A program made the position numbers and the translations under genes. Below are positions 48,513-61,262 of a stretch of 64,000 nucleotides of DNA, one piece after another; the first letter of the stretch is position 1, and the number at the start of each line of letters is the position of its first letter. The stretch is taken from positions 2,352,010 to 2,416,009 of the forward strand of contig NW_003314273.1 in the NCBI RefSeq assembly GCF_000143415.4, in the 5' to 3' direction. The notes under the pieces are model-generated. The model did not search any database and had not been told where the DNA came from. It saw only the letters and a program-made list of their open reading frames with translations. This stretch comes from Selaginella moellendorffii (taxonomy: Eukaryota; Plantae; Lycopodiophyta).

Positions 48513-49654
48513 ATGGCGTCTTCTTCCACCACTTTCGCCATCGCCACGCTCCTCTTCGCTGCTTTGTTCGCTCCTGCAAAATCCGCAAACCAAAGCAGCC
48601 CGGGCTCATTCTGCCCCACCGCGCTCTTCACCTTTGCAGATTCTCTCAGCGATGGTGGCAACCGCGACATCGAAGGTGGCGGCAAGACTCTCTCGGGCAG
48701 CTACCCCTACGGCGTCACGTATGGAAAGCCAACCGGGCGCTACTGCGACGGCCTCATCATCCCCGACTTCCTGATCCAGAAGCTCGGTTTGACAACATCG
48801 GCATCCCCAGCCTCGAGTTCAATGGCACCGAGTTCGTCAGCCTCGACTTCGCCTACGCTGGAGCCACGGTGCTCCAGGTCGAGAACCAGCCATTCTCGAG
48901 CCCCCACATCTTCTCGGCCCAGGTTGACGATTTCGTGCGCCACCAGCAGACCGTGGTTGCGCGCAATGGCCGCGAGCAGAGCGAGCCGTGGTACGAGAAT
49001 GCGCTCTTCTACGTCGAGATTGGAGGAGACGACATCAACTTCGCGCTGCCGCTGGGAACCGACACGGTGATCAATCACACCATCCCGGCCGTGATCCAGG
49101 GCATCGCCACGCTTTACAACCACGGCGCTCGCCATGTCCTGCTCTTCAATATGCCCCGCGCGGATTGCTCGCCAAACTATCTCCAGGCCTTCCAGCAGTA
49201 CCCCGCCGGGACATTCCACTACGACAACGATGGTTGCATTGTGGAGGTCGGCCAGCTTATCTCCTACTTCAACTCCAACATCCAGAGGCTGGCGACCGAG
49301 CTCGCGCAGAACTACACGGGCCTCAATGTATACTACTCCGACTGGTTCGCGGCAAACACGTACGTCATGGAGAACATGAACCAGTATGGATTCACGAACG
49401 CGCTCCAGTCGTGCTGCGGCGGCGGTGGCAAGTTCAACTGTAATGGTGATGGGCTATGCGGCTGCGCTCCACTGAACGAGCCCAATGTGACTTACACGGT
49501 TTGCAACGATCCCAGCCAGTACTTCACCTTCGATGGAATCCACTACACGCAGCACTTCTACCAGATCATGTCCGACTTTATCATCGCCGGGCAGTACCTC
49601 ACGCCGTCGGTGAAGCTTTGCAAGGCCGTCAATGAGCCTGAAGGTCCTCTCTAA
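48513..49654 (+). pseudogene. GDSL esterase/lipase with a single 1-nt frameshift (~48790)
   Basis: Signal peptide; block I FTFADSLSDGGN, then PTGRYCDG; after the shift DFAYAGAT, EIGGDD and block V FDGIHYT. Intronless. The frame changes after LIQKLGL. Confidence 0.8.
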
Positions 49655-49766
49655 AGCTTCATGGTTTTGGCAAACTTTCATTTCTCATTATGTATCTTGT
49701 GATCCCACACTAATATCAGATAAACTTTTTGTTTCCCCTAGAAAAAATAGGTGGTCTAAAGTTGCC

Positions 49767-51787
<2,021 letters not shown>

Positions 51788-51813
51788 ATCTTGAGTAACA
51801 TAAATAATGAACT

Positions 51814-53430
51814 TTACCTCTTCGCTTCCAAGCTTCTCCGGCGTCTCATGAGCATTTGATTCTGGAGCTCCAGGCTTAGATCCATCCCTTCGAGTTTCAT
51901 CCTGCCGTAGAGCCTGAAAGCCTGGTCGTACAAACCACCGACGGTGAAAGCCTCGATCACGCAGGCGTAAGTAGCCTCTTCCGGAGCGAAGCCTTTCTTG
52001 TCCATCTTCTTGATCACTTGAAGGCAATCGAGAAGTTTGTCGTTCACGGCCAGTCCCACCAAGAGCACGTCAAACGTAGCCTTGTTTGGCTTGATCCTCG
52101 AGCTTTTCAGCCCTTGGAACAGCTCGAGAGCCTCGTCGGTCTTCCCCTCCTTGCAAAGCATTTGGATGACTATGTTCTTTGTCTCAATGTCTGGAGCGCA
52201 GCCGGCGTCCTTTCTCATGTCCTCGTAGAGCCTGAGTGCCTTCTCGTACTGTCCAGCACCATTGAGGAGTCTCAAAAGCCCATTGTAGACCATACGATCC
52301 GAAACAGCCAAATCCTCGTAGAAGTCGGACGCCAAATTTGCGTCACCTTTCTCCTCGAGAAACTTCATGATGATCTTGTTCGAAGCCTCCTGGAGCTCGC
52401 AGCAACCCGCGACCACCATCCTCTTCACAACCCCGAGAGCTTCGCACGCCTTGTCGGAGCTGAGCAGGAACTCGAGCAGGAGATTAAAGTTGTGGACGTT
52501 TGGCTTGCAGCCTCTCGCTGCCATGTCCGCGATGATATCAGGAGCTCGATCCATGTTCTCGGATCTCACAAGCCCGCTGATGAGATAGATGTAACTGTGG
52601 ACGTCGGGCGCACAGCCTTTCTCCACCATATGCCTCGAAAGATCCACTGCTTCTCCAACTCTGCCGGTAGAACTCAGCGCATGGATCACGGCATTGACAG
52701 TCTCGGTGTCGGCTACGTGACCAACTTGGAGCATCCCTCGCACGATCACTGGAAGAACATCACTTCTCTGACACTCGATGAGCTTCTTGAGCACGTAGAG
52801 GTAGTACTTCTTCTTGGGCTTGCGCTTCACGTAGCTCTCAAACTCGAGGAAGCTCTGGACGGCCTTGTCCACCATGAAGGCATCGAAGTAGCTCTGGACC
52901 ACCGCCATGAATGTCACGTAAGTTCTCTGGGTGTTACTGGCCATCATCTCCTTGAGAAGGAGATTGAGCTGCCGGAATCGCTGGTTGAGGCCAAGCGTCT
53001 TGAGCATGAGATTGTAGGAATTGGTGTCGTGCTGGAAGCCTGGCTGTGCTTGCGCCCAGCGAAACAGCCCCATGGCAGCGTCGGCATCGATGTTCTTGCG
53101 CAAAATCTCGCAAATGTGGAAGGCCTGGAGCTTTACCTCGAATTTCTTGAGAATCCCCGCCGCCTCCCACCAGGTGATCGCGCCGCCGCGGAGCACCAGC
53201 GTCATGTGCTTGATGAATCCCACATCTGCGATCGATGGATAGCACTTGTACTGCTGGAATACCTCCTTGTCGATCTCCACTGGCCGCTCCTCCAGCCCCA
53301 AGAAGCTGTCCGGCAAGTGCAAGGGATCCAAGCGGCCGCGCGGAGATTCTAGGGAGTAGAATCTGGCGGTGGTGTGAAGCCCGGAAGAGACCGCATTGCC
53401 CCGGCGGAGGAGCCGCGCGATCGAAATCAT
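51814..53430 (-). CDS. P-type pentatricopeptide repeat protein (538 aa, intronless)
   Basis: PPR units (HDTNSYNLMLKTLG, PDVHSYIYLISG, PNVHNFN, PNKATFDVLL); N-terminal region similar to the PPR at 43336-45066. Confidence 0.95.
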   Translation of the reverse strand: MISIARLLRRGNAVSSGLHTTARFYSLESPRGRLDPLHLPDSFLGLEERPVEIDKEVFQQYKCYPSIADVGFIKHMTLVLRGGAITWWEAAGILKKFEVKLQAFHICEILRKNIDADAAMGLFRWAQAQPGFQHDTNSYNLMLKTLGLNQRFRQLNLLLKEMMASNTQRTYVTFMAVVQSYFDAFMVDKAVQSFLEFESYVKRKPKKKYYLYVLKKLIECQRSDVLPVIVRGMLQVGHVADTETVNAVIHALSSTGRVGEAVDLSRHMVEKGCAPDVHSYIYLISGLVRSENMDRAPDIIADMAARGCKPNVHNFNLLLEFLLSSDKACEALGVVKRMVVAGCCELQEASNKIIMKFLEEKGDANLASDFYEDLAVSDRMVYNGLLRLLNGAGQYEKALRLYEDMRKDAGCAPDIETKNIVIQMLCKEGKTDEALELFQGLKSSRIKPNKATFDVLLVGLAVNDKLLDCLQVIKKMDKKGFAPEEATYACVIEAFTVGGLYDQAFRLYGRMKLEGMDLSLELQNQMLMRRRRSLEAKR

Positions 53431-53559
53431 CCTCCCTTCTTCATCCTCCTTTGGGGTGTTTTTTTAGGGTTCTAAGGATTTATATTCTTTTGTAGCGTTA
53501 GGGGAGGCGCTCAGCTCGTCGCGAGGACGCTTGGCGCATCGCCGCTCTCCGGAGGCGCC

Positions 53560-55511
53560 ATGGATTCCGGTAAGCTCTCTTCGTAGCGCAGCGCTCACTA
53601 GGGCGCGATTTCTTGCTCCCGCGCTTGGCATTGCATGGATCCTCAGTAATTCTTGCTTGGTTTCGTGGTGTATAGACGCGGACATGGAAGATTATGGCTT
53701 TGAGTACTCGGAAGAAGACCCCGAGGAGCAAGATGTCGATATCGAGAATCAGTACTACAACTCTAAAGGTAGCGATTTTCTTTTCTGTGAAAGAAAACAA
53801 TGGTATCGGCAGGATTTGTGGAGGCTGATCCTCGAGGAGCTCTCAAGGGCTTTGCGGAGGTCGTGAAGATGGAAGAAGAGAAAGGAGAATGGTAAACGAG
53901 CTTTTCTCTTTCTTTTCTCAAAGAAACACCACGCAGGGGATTCAAGGCTTTGAAGCAGACCGTGAAGGTGCATTTTCGATTGGGGACCTACAAGGAGATG
54001 ATGGACGCCTATAGGGAGATGCTGACGTACATCAAGTCCGCGGTTACCCGGAACTACAGCGAGAAATGCATCAACAACATCATGGATTTTGTCTCCGGCA
54101 CTGCAAACCAAAACCTGGAGCTGCTGCAAGAGTTTTACCAGACAACGCTCAAAGCTCTCGAGGATGCCAAGAATGAGGTTGTGCCGGTGGCTCGTGTTTC
54201 TTGCTAATAGTGATTTGTGCAGAGGTTGTGGTTTAAAGCGAATCTCAAACTTTGCAAGCTTTGGTTCGACATGGGAGAGTATGCACGCATGAGCAAGGTA
54301 ATATTAGCCTGGGTGATTTTTTTTAATTTTCTGGCCCTCCTTTCGCTGCATAGATTTTGAAAGAGCTCCACAGATCGTGCCAGAGAGAAGATGGCTCTGA
54401 TGATCAGAAGAAAGGAACTCAGCTTCTGGAAGTATACGCCATTGAGATTCAGATGTACACGGAGACAAAGAACAACAAGAAGCTAAAGGTATCTATGCAG
54501 TTCTTTTTATGATATTTTGCTGAACCTCGGCCTCAGCAACTCTATCAAAAAGCTTTGTCTATCAAATCGGCGATTCCTCATCCACGCATCATGGGAATCA
54601 TCCACGAGTGCGGCGGAAAGATGCATATGGCTGAGAGGCACTGGGCAGACGCAGCCACTGACTTTTTCGAGGCCTTCAAGAACTATGACGAAGCCGGAGC
54701 ACAAAGACGGATCCAATGCTTGAAGTGAGTGGCTTTTACAAAAGTCCGGTCTAACATGTTTTCTTCTTTGTAACAGGTATTTGGTTCTTGCAAATATGCT
54801 GATGGAGTCTCAGGTTAACCCCTTCGACGCACAAGAAGCAAAACCGTATGTATCATTTTGTCCACATTCCTCAATTCTGTGCTTTGTTTTTCTGTCCTCC
54901 CAGGTATAAGAACGACCCTGAAATTCTAGCGATGACAAACCTTGTCGCAGCTTACCAGCGCAACGAAATTTTCGAGTTTGAGAAGATCCTGAAGGTAAAG
55001 CTGTTAAGTTGGCAGTCTGAGCCGGGCGAGGATTGATTTTATTTGATTTTATCTGGCAGAGCAACCGGAAAACGATAATGGACGACCCGTTCATTCGGAA
55101 TTACATCGAGGACTTGCTGAAGAACATCCGGACACAAGTACTATTAAAGCTCATCAAGCCTTACACCCGGATCCGCATTCCATTTATCTCGAAGGTCGGT
55201 TTTGTGCAAATTCTATCCGCTGCCATTCAACTCTCTTGTGTAAAACAGGAGCTCAACATTCCGGAAAGAGATGTGGAGCAGCTCTTGGTGTCTCTCATCC
55301 TGGACAACCGGGTTCACGGTCACATAGATCAAGTTCATCAGCTCCTGGAGCTCGGTGACAGGTAACTCTGGACGATAGATTCTAGTTAGTTTCGTTCGAA
55401 CTAAACGGTGTGCTGCTCAGATCGAAAGGGCTGAAAAAATACACCGCGATCGACAAATGGAACACGCAGCTGAGATCTCTGTGCCAGACCGTCTCCAACA
55501 GGATCGGCTGA
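53560..55511 (+). CDS. CSN2: COP9 signalosome subunit 2
   Basis: MDS|[112 protein letters not shown] (PCI domain). Confidence 0.97.
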
Positions 55512-56135
55512 GAGCGAGAGGATTTTTTGTAACGCATTTAGCAACATCCACGCCAGGTCGGAGTTTCTTCTTCTTCTTTTTCTTCTCTTTTGGCCTTTGT
55601 AGCTCAGTGTGTATATTCGCGAAAGAAAATTTTGAGATTCCTGATTTAATGCGTTAAAGGTGTTTCTACAAGGCATAGATTGCCAGAGAGTAGAGGGCTT
55701 TCGATTGATGATTTGGAATGGCTCCACGCGATGGAGTGCTTCCAGAGGATGATCGATGCTGGGCGATGGATCGGGATCACATTTGCGGCGATTCTGGATT
55801 GGGGAGCGCTGGGCCTTTTGCTAGGCAAGTTAATGGGTTTACTCCAGATGCTCTCTTGAACATTTCTTCTTGGATTGTTTTTCTTGGACAGGATGTATGA
55901 TTATAGCACTCCTTCATTCGATGCACAAGAGTATGGATGAGCTACTTTGCTCGCGATCTCCCCGACGAGAGCTCGGTATAACGACTATGCAGCATATGCC
56001 TCGGATGGGCATTAGTAAGGCCTCGTTAAAAGAAATGCCCAGAAGGGGCATTTGTATGGAGAGCTGGGACGCGGGCTTATGAGACGAAGAGATAAACCCT
56101 AGCGTTCTTGCATTGCGGCATTTGCGAGGGAGACG

Positions 56136-57768
56136 ATGGGCGCGGGGTTGTCAGATGGTAATGCCGCTCCTCCGTCGCGATTTTCTGGAATCGCCTTGCA
56201 GGGTTGGGCGCCCGCGCTCGAGGATCGGCAGTTCCAGGCGTCGTCGTTGCGCTGTGGCGGGGATGGAGCCGATATCGGACGTGTTGCGAGATATTTCGGC
56301 TCCTCTTCGACGATTCTTTCCCATTTTCGCAGGAATCCGGTATCCGCTGTTGTCTCGTTCGTGTTTGATCCTAGTTCTTCCTGCTACACTGCGTTTGCAT
56401 AGCTGTGAACAAAGATCATCCACTGGAGCATGACACTGGTGAGCGCTTTCTTTCTTTATCGGATCTTAGCCAGTTTGATCGATATTACCAGGGCCTGACT
56501 GGCTGAAGGAGGTGACACGTCGAGTTTCAAAGAGAAAGAGCGTTAGTGATGCAGCTCAACTCCATCAACTCGGCCTCTTTTTCGACACGGATCTTCAGCT
56601 CCAAAACTTGGCAGGCGATCAAGGTAATGAATCCAGCATTTCTTGCTAGTCTCTAAAACTTTGAGTCCTTTCCACTCACAGACAAGCTATTACTTGGCGC
56701 AACTACAGATAAGCAGGTTTAGCAATATCTTCTTTTACTTGCTTGCTTTCAACTCGTATTGCCAGGACCTTGCTGCACATGAGGTAGTGAGTGCTGCAGT
56801 CGTGGCTTATGTCCAGGAGCTGCTTCTGGAGAGTTATGATATGACGTTGAAAACGCTGGAGCTCAAAAGGAATACATCACGTCAGGTAAGTAACTAGCAT
56901 GATGAATTGAAATTTTCATGACTTGGTTGCCCAGACAAGCACAATAGTCGTGTCTTCGAATGTCAAGTCAGCAAAGGCGATTGTTTTACTTCTCTGTGAT
57001 GGCTTATGGTTGAAGAAAATCCATGTCAAGGTAAATAGCAAGTGCAATACAATGTGTCTAAGCTTTATGTGTTGTTTTGCTAGGACTCCCTTCTTACAGT
57101 ATTGGCATTTCTTGGTAATGCATGAATTCTCAAATTCAAGTTCTTACATTTTCCAATCAGAATGGGCTCACGGGCTTGGGATGGCAGTGGTTCTTCTAAA
57201 TCCAAGCGAGGTGGCGTTCAACGAGCGAAAGGTGCAAACCATTCCATCTTGTGTTTTCTTTGTTTTTTGTGGGACTGACAAAGAGCATTGCAGCAAGCTG
57301 CAAGTGCCGACATTTCGCTTGAGCACGTTCTATGTGCATGGGACTTCGTCTTCACAACTTTCCCTGGCACGGTGCTCGCTGTCGTTGCTCACGGCTCTGG
57401 AGGAAAGCTCGCACTCGATCTGTTAAGCCGCAGACATGTCGTCCTTCCTGAAGATTGGGAAGCTGTCCAGCGACTGAGATGTTTCGCATTCTGTAATTCA
57501 GAGATTCCAAGCGATTCTTTGCAAGTAAGAGTTCTTTTATGTGAGACATATAACGTGTTAAGCTCGTTCGTAGGTGCTTTCTCGTCGGAAATTGAATTTC
57601 CTTGAGAGCAACTGCATTAATTGGGTCTCAGAAGACAAGCTGGCGACAGAAAGAAGCCCGATAAAACAGGTGCCCTCTGGAGCAAAGACCCACGAGAAAG
57701 CTGCAGAGTTCGCTTTCAATCCGATGTGTAACTTCCTGTTGGCGAATCTGACAGACGCAAGGAACTAA
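56136..57768 (+). CDS. FAM172A/ARB2A-like (Arb2 domain) protein, multi-exon; 5' end uncertain
   Basis: Ordered motifs LHQLGLFFDTDLQL, VAYVQELL, IVVSSN..KAIVLLL, TPFL, GMAVVLLNPSE, EHVLCAWD, VVAHGSGG, AFCNS, NCINWVS and VPSGAKTHE parallel the FAM172A motifs as recalled. Confidence 0.7.
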
Positions 57769-58363
57769 ATCCATTTGAAGGTAACTGTTATGTGAAACTG
57801 TATCATCGTAACTGACAGATCATTTTGATTTATTGCAGGATGTACAATTAGGACTGTACATGCGATTGTTAAGACTTGTGCTGACAGTTCCCTGTTTGTT
57901 CTCGAGCAGGGATATTGTCGATGTTATTGCTTTCTATTGGTGCCGACTATCTTGAGACGGAAGATTGATGAGAAAAATAGAGAAGAGCCTTGCATCAGCA
58001 AAGAAATTTCACCCGGCCGTGAGCTCTGTTGAAATGGAAATCCAGGTGGGTGTATTACATCTGCAACTAATTTTTCTCAGAGGAACTTCACAGGTCCTTC
58101 AGTTGCAATCGTTTTGAGACCTGAAGAAGCGAACTGCAAAATAGTGCGTTGTTTTGCTGGCTTGTGAGTCAAGTGATGAACGTAGCGGCCGGCATCGAAG
58201 TGCCAGCTGAAATTTGCGCCGATTCTTCTCGAAAATGAAAAGCGGAGAGAGCAACAAATCGTTTCCACGTTTGCTTCCTCGCTACCAGCGCCATCAGTGA
58301 AAAAGCGGAACACATTTAGCACACCACATCTATCCATCGCGTTTGCTCCTGAACACTTAGACA

Positions 58364-59010
58364 ATGCGTGGAATTACAAGAGAAAGAACTAAGAAACGGC
58401 GCCGAAAGGTGGTGGCCGAACAGTCCATGGTGACAACGAAGGAATGTCCGAACTTCCCTGCAGACAGCAAGCCTCGGAAACTGTTGAGGTCTATTGTTGT
58501 TGGCGAAGACAGCATCAGAGTGCGTAGCGGGCCAGCAGTGTCACATCATCTCCTGACGTTTTTTCACGAAGAAAACATCCAAAAGCCTCATCGCCATTGT
58601 CGATCACAAGGCGTGGATCATGCAAGAAACCAGTTCCTGGTGGAACCGTGGGCTATAAATCGAAGTCATCCTGCAAGGTAATGACGCATTTACATGTTCT
58701 CTAATCATTTAGCCTGCAGGTGCGCTCATTATGAAAAAGCTGGATCCTTCGCTGTGTATTCTATCTTCATGTCGAATGTTGAAGAGCAAGCTGTTTTGAG
58801 AAGGTCCGCTACAGAAATTTTTTCACGTCCTTTCATACAGATCGAAACTTTTGGGCAGCCTCATTGGACATACCGCATTACACCACCAAAGCGGTTTCTA
58901 TCTTTCAACCTGCGTTTGGCGATTGCTTCTCGGTCATGAATACACGTGCTGGTATGTATCCTTCGGATGCTGATGAGAAGATGGCTATGGATCTGGCTGG
59001 CATGTTTCAG
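58364..59010 (+). other. Possible spliced coding remnant of unknown function
   Basis: Moderately GC-rich ORF pieces joined by GT-AG intron-like segments (58678-58719, donor at 59011); no motif recognised. Confidence 0.25.
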
Positions 59011-59090
59011 GTACGCATAAAATATCTGTGTCGATTTTGCTGCCAGGCGGCAGATCGTATGGATCGCAAAGCATGCTAGTGAATGACTGA

Positions 59091-59695
59091 TGGATCCAAG
59101 GCTTGAAGTGAGTGATGTTACAAGAGTTCAGGGGTGGTCTAACATGTTTTCTTCTTTGTCTTTGTCACAGGTATTTGGTTCTTGATGGAGTCTCAAGGTA
59201 ACTCCTACGCTCAAGAATTTAAATTGTAATATATCATTTCATCACATACTTCAATTGTGTGCTCCTGTCAGGTATAAGAACGACCCTGAAATTCTGGTGA
59301 TGACAAACCGTACCAGCGTTCGAGTTTGAGAAGATCCAGTCCGAATTTATTTGATTTTATCTGGCAGGCCAATGGGAAAAACGATAATGGATGACCATCA
59401 AAACAATACAATGATGAGAGTTTTGATGGGACGACAACCATACATTCTCGGAATTACATCGAGGTGCTGAAGAACATCTGGACACGAGTACTATTGAAAC
59501 TAAGCCTTGCATCACCATTTATCTCGAAGGTACGCTGCCATTGTGTAAAACAGGACCGCCTGGTGTCCCTCATCCTGGACAACCGGGTTCACGGTCACAT
59601 CGATCAAGGTCTTGGAGGTAGACACGATATCTAGTTTCGCACGAACTCAGCTGTGCTGTGAGGATCGAAAGGGCTGAAAAAGTTTCTTCTTCTTC
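59091..59695 (+). pseudogene. Decayed DNA-level duplicate of the 3' half of CSN2 (with introns)
   Basis: Colinear with ~54709-55575 (GGATCCAA.GCTTGAAGTGAGT, CAGGTATAAGAACGACCCTGAAATTCT, ATCCTGGACAACCGGGTTCACGGTCACAT, GATCGAAAGGGCTGAAAAA), with many small deletions. Confidence 0.9.
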
Positions 59696-60035
59696 TGAAT
59701 TGGATTTATTGCCTTTTGCTTGAAAATAAAATAAAATCTGTTTCCCTTTGTGTAGTTTATAAACTTAGAAGGGCGTCCTGTTATTAGGGTGGTGGGAAGA
59801 TGGCAATAGAGAGGGTCCTCTGGTACGATGGGAAGTGGACAGCTGCTGGAGGTCCAATTGATGACTGCTGGAACCCCATGTTGCCTGATTCTTTGACAAT
59901 AGAGGGGACTCCTGGAGAGATGAAACTTCCTTAACNNNNNNNNNNNNNNNNNNNNNNNNNNNNNNNNNNNNNNNNNNNNNNNNNNNNNNNNNNNNNNNNN
60001 NNNNNNNNNNNNNNNNNNNNNNNNNNNNNNNNNNN

Positions 60036-60570
60036 AATGGTCAAAGCTCCCAATATAAATGTGGGAGGCACTAATTACTTGGACATTTGGAGTGGCTCAT
60101 CAGAACCTCGCTCTAGCCCACCATGGCTAGGGCACCCAAAGATGAAAGGTGGGGAGAGTACCCATGAGGTTTACATAAGGCCACGGTGTTTTAAAATGTC
60201 ATCATAAAGTCCTAGATTATAGAAAAGAAGAGGAACAATCCTTTGGTATAGTGACCAAGGATATGATCACATGGTGAGGAAGTCCCAGAAGATAGTAGGA
60301 CTTAGTGGTTAGGCCTTTGGGCCTTAACCCAATAGTAGTGTTGGCAAGCACGACCGTGGATAAAAAAGGACTTAATGGGAAAGGAAGAAGGGATATTGGA
60401 GAAAGGTGTTTTTTATGTCCCCGGGCATCCTAAGGGTGCTAAGGTATAGTCAAAGGATGACCACTCATAGATGGATGGCCTAGTCTTTGAGAGACGGGAT
60501 TATAATGCAAGTGGTCTTAGATTACTGATATGACAAAGGTGAATAGGAATGGCTTAGCATAACAGGTTGA
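60036..60570 (+). repeat. Dispersed repeat homologous (inverted) to ~18100-18560
   Basis: Matching blocks such as TAGATGGATGGCCTAGTCTTTGAGAGACGGGA and TCCTTTGGTATAGTGACCAAGGATATG. Confidence 0.7.
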
Positions 60571-60582
60571 TAAGTTGGTGGT

Positions 60583-61262
60583 TGTTGCGAATGTGATTTG
60601 GGGTATCGAAAGATATTTGTTAGCTAATCCTTACGGACACTCTCTCCTTATTGCCATAACGGCGGGAGGTCAGTACTGTTGGTTCTTGTTATGGTCTCCA
60701 CCCAAGCTAGTTGAGAAACTGGTCAGCACGTGTGCACTTAAACCAGAAGGGCACTAAGGAAGGAAATCCTAAGTTGTCATTAAGTTAAACATACTTGACA
60801 CGGTGACGAGAAACTCATGATGTTGACTTGCACTTGCTAGTGTTAGAAACCCCTGCAATATTGAGACTAGTCCCTCAATATTCGTTAAATGATAGTTTAC
60901 CGTGTTTGCCAAACACTCTCGTTATCACGCCCTTTATATTAGTTTCATTTCGGTCTTAAATGTTATTTATAGAAAGTGTCTATATTCATGTCTACAAAAT
61001 GTAAAGGTCGACTTGAACACAATGGTGTTCATCCNNNNNNNNNNNNNNNNNNNNNNNNNNNNNNNNNNNNNNNNNNNNNNNNNNNNNNNNNNNNNNNNNN
61101 NNNNNNNNNNNNNNNNNNNNNNNNNNNNNNNNNNATAGTAAGTTTCAAGCTTATTCCAAATACTAACTCCTGATACTAAGGGAGGCATGGGGTAAAAGCC
61201 CTGTTTCTCAAAGGGGGGGGAGGGGGCTGTGGGGGGTTCTAAATGTATAGTAGGGATAGTGG
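60583..61262 (+). mobile_element. Partial LTR of the same family as 3411-4286 and 8613-9723, interrupted by an N gap
   Basis: Starts TGTTGCGAATGTGATTTGGGGTATCG; shares ATATTGAGACTAGTCCCTCAATAT and AACTCCTGATACTAAGGGAGGCATGGGG. Confidence 0.8.
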
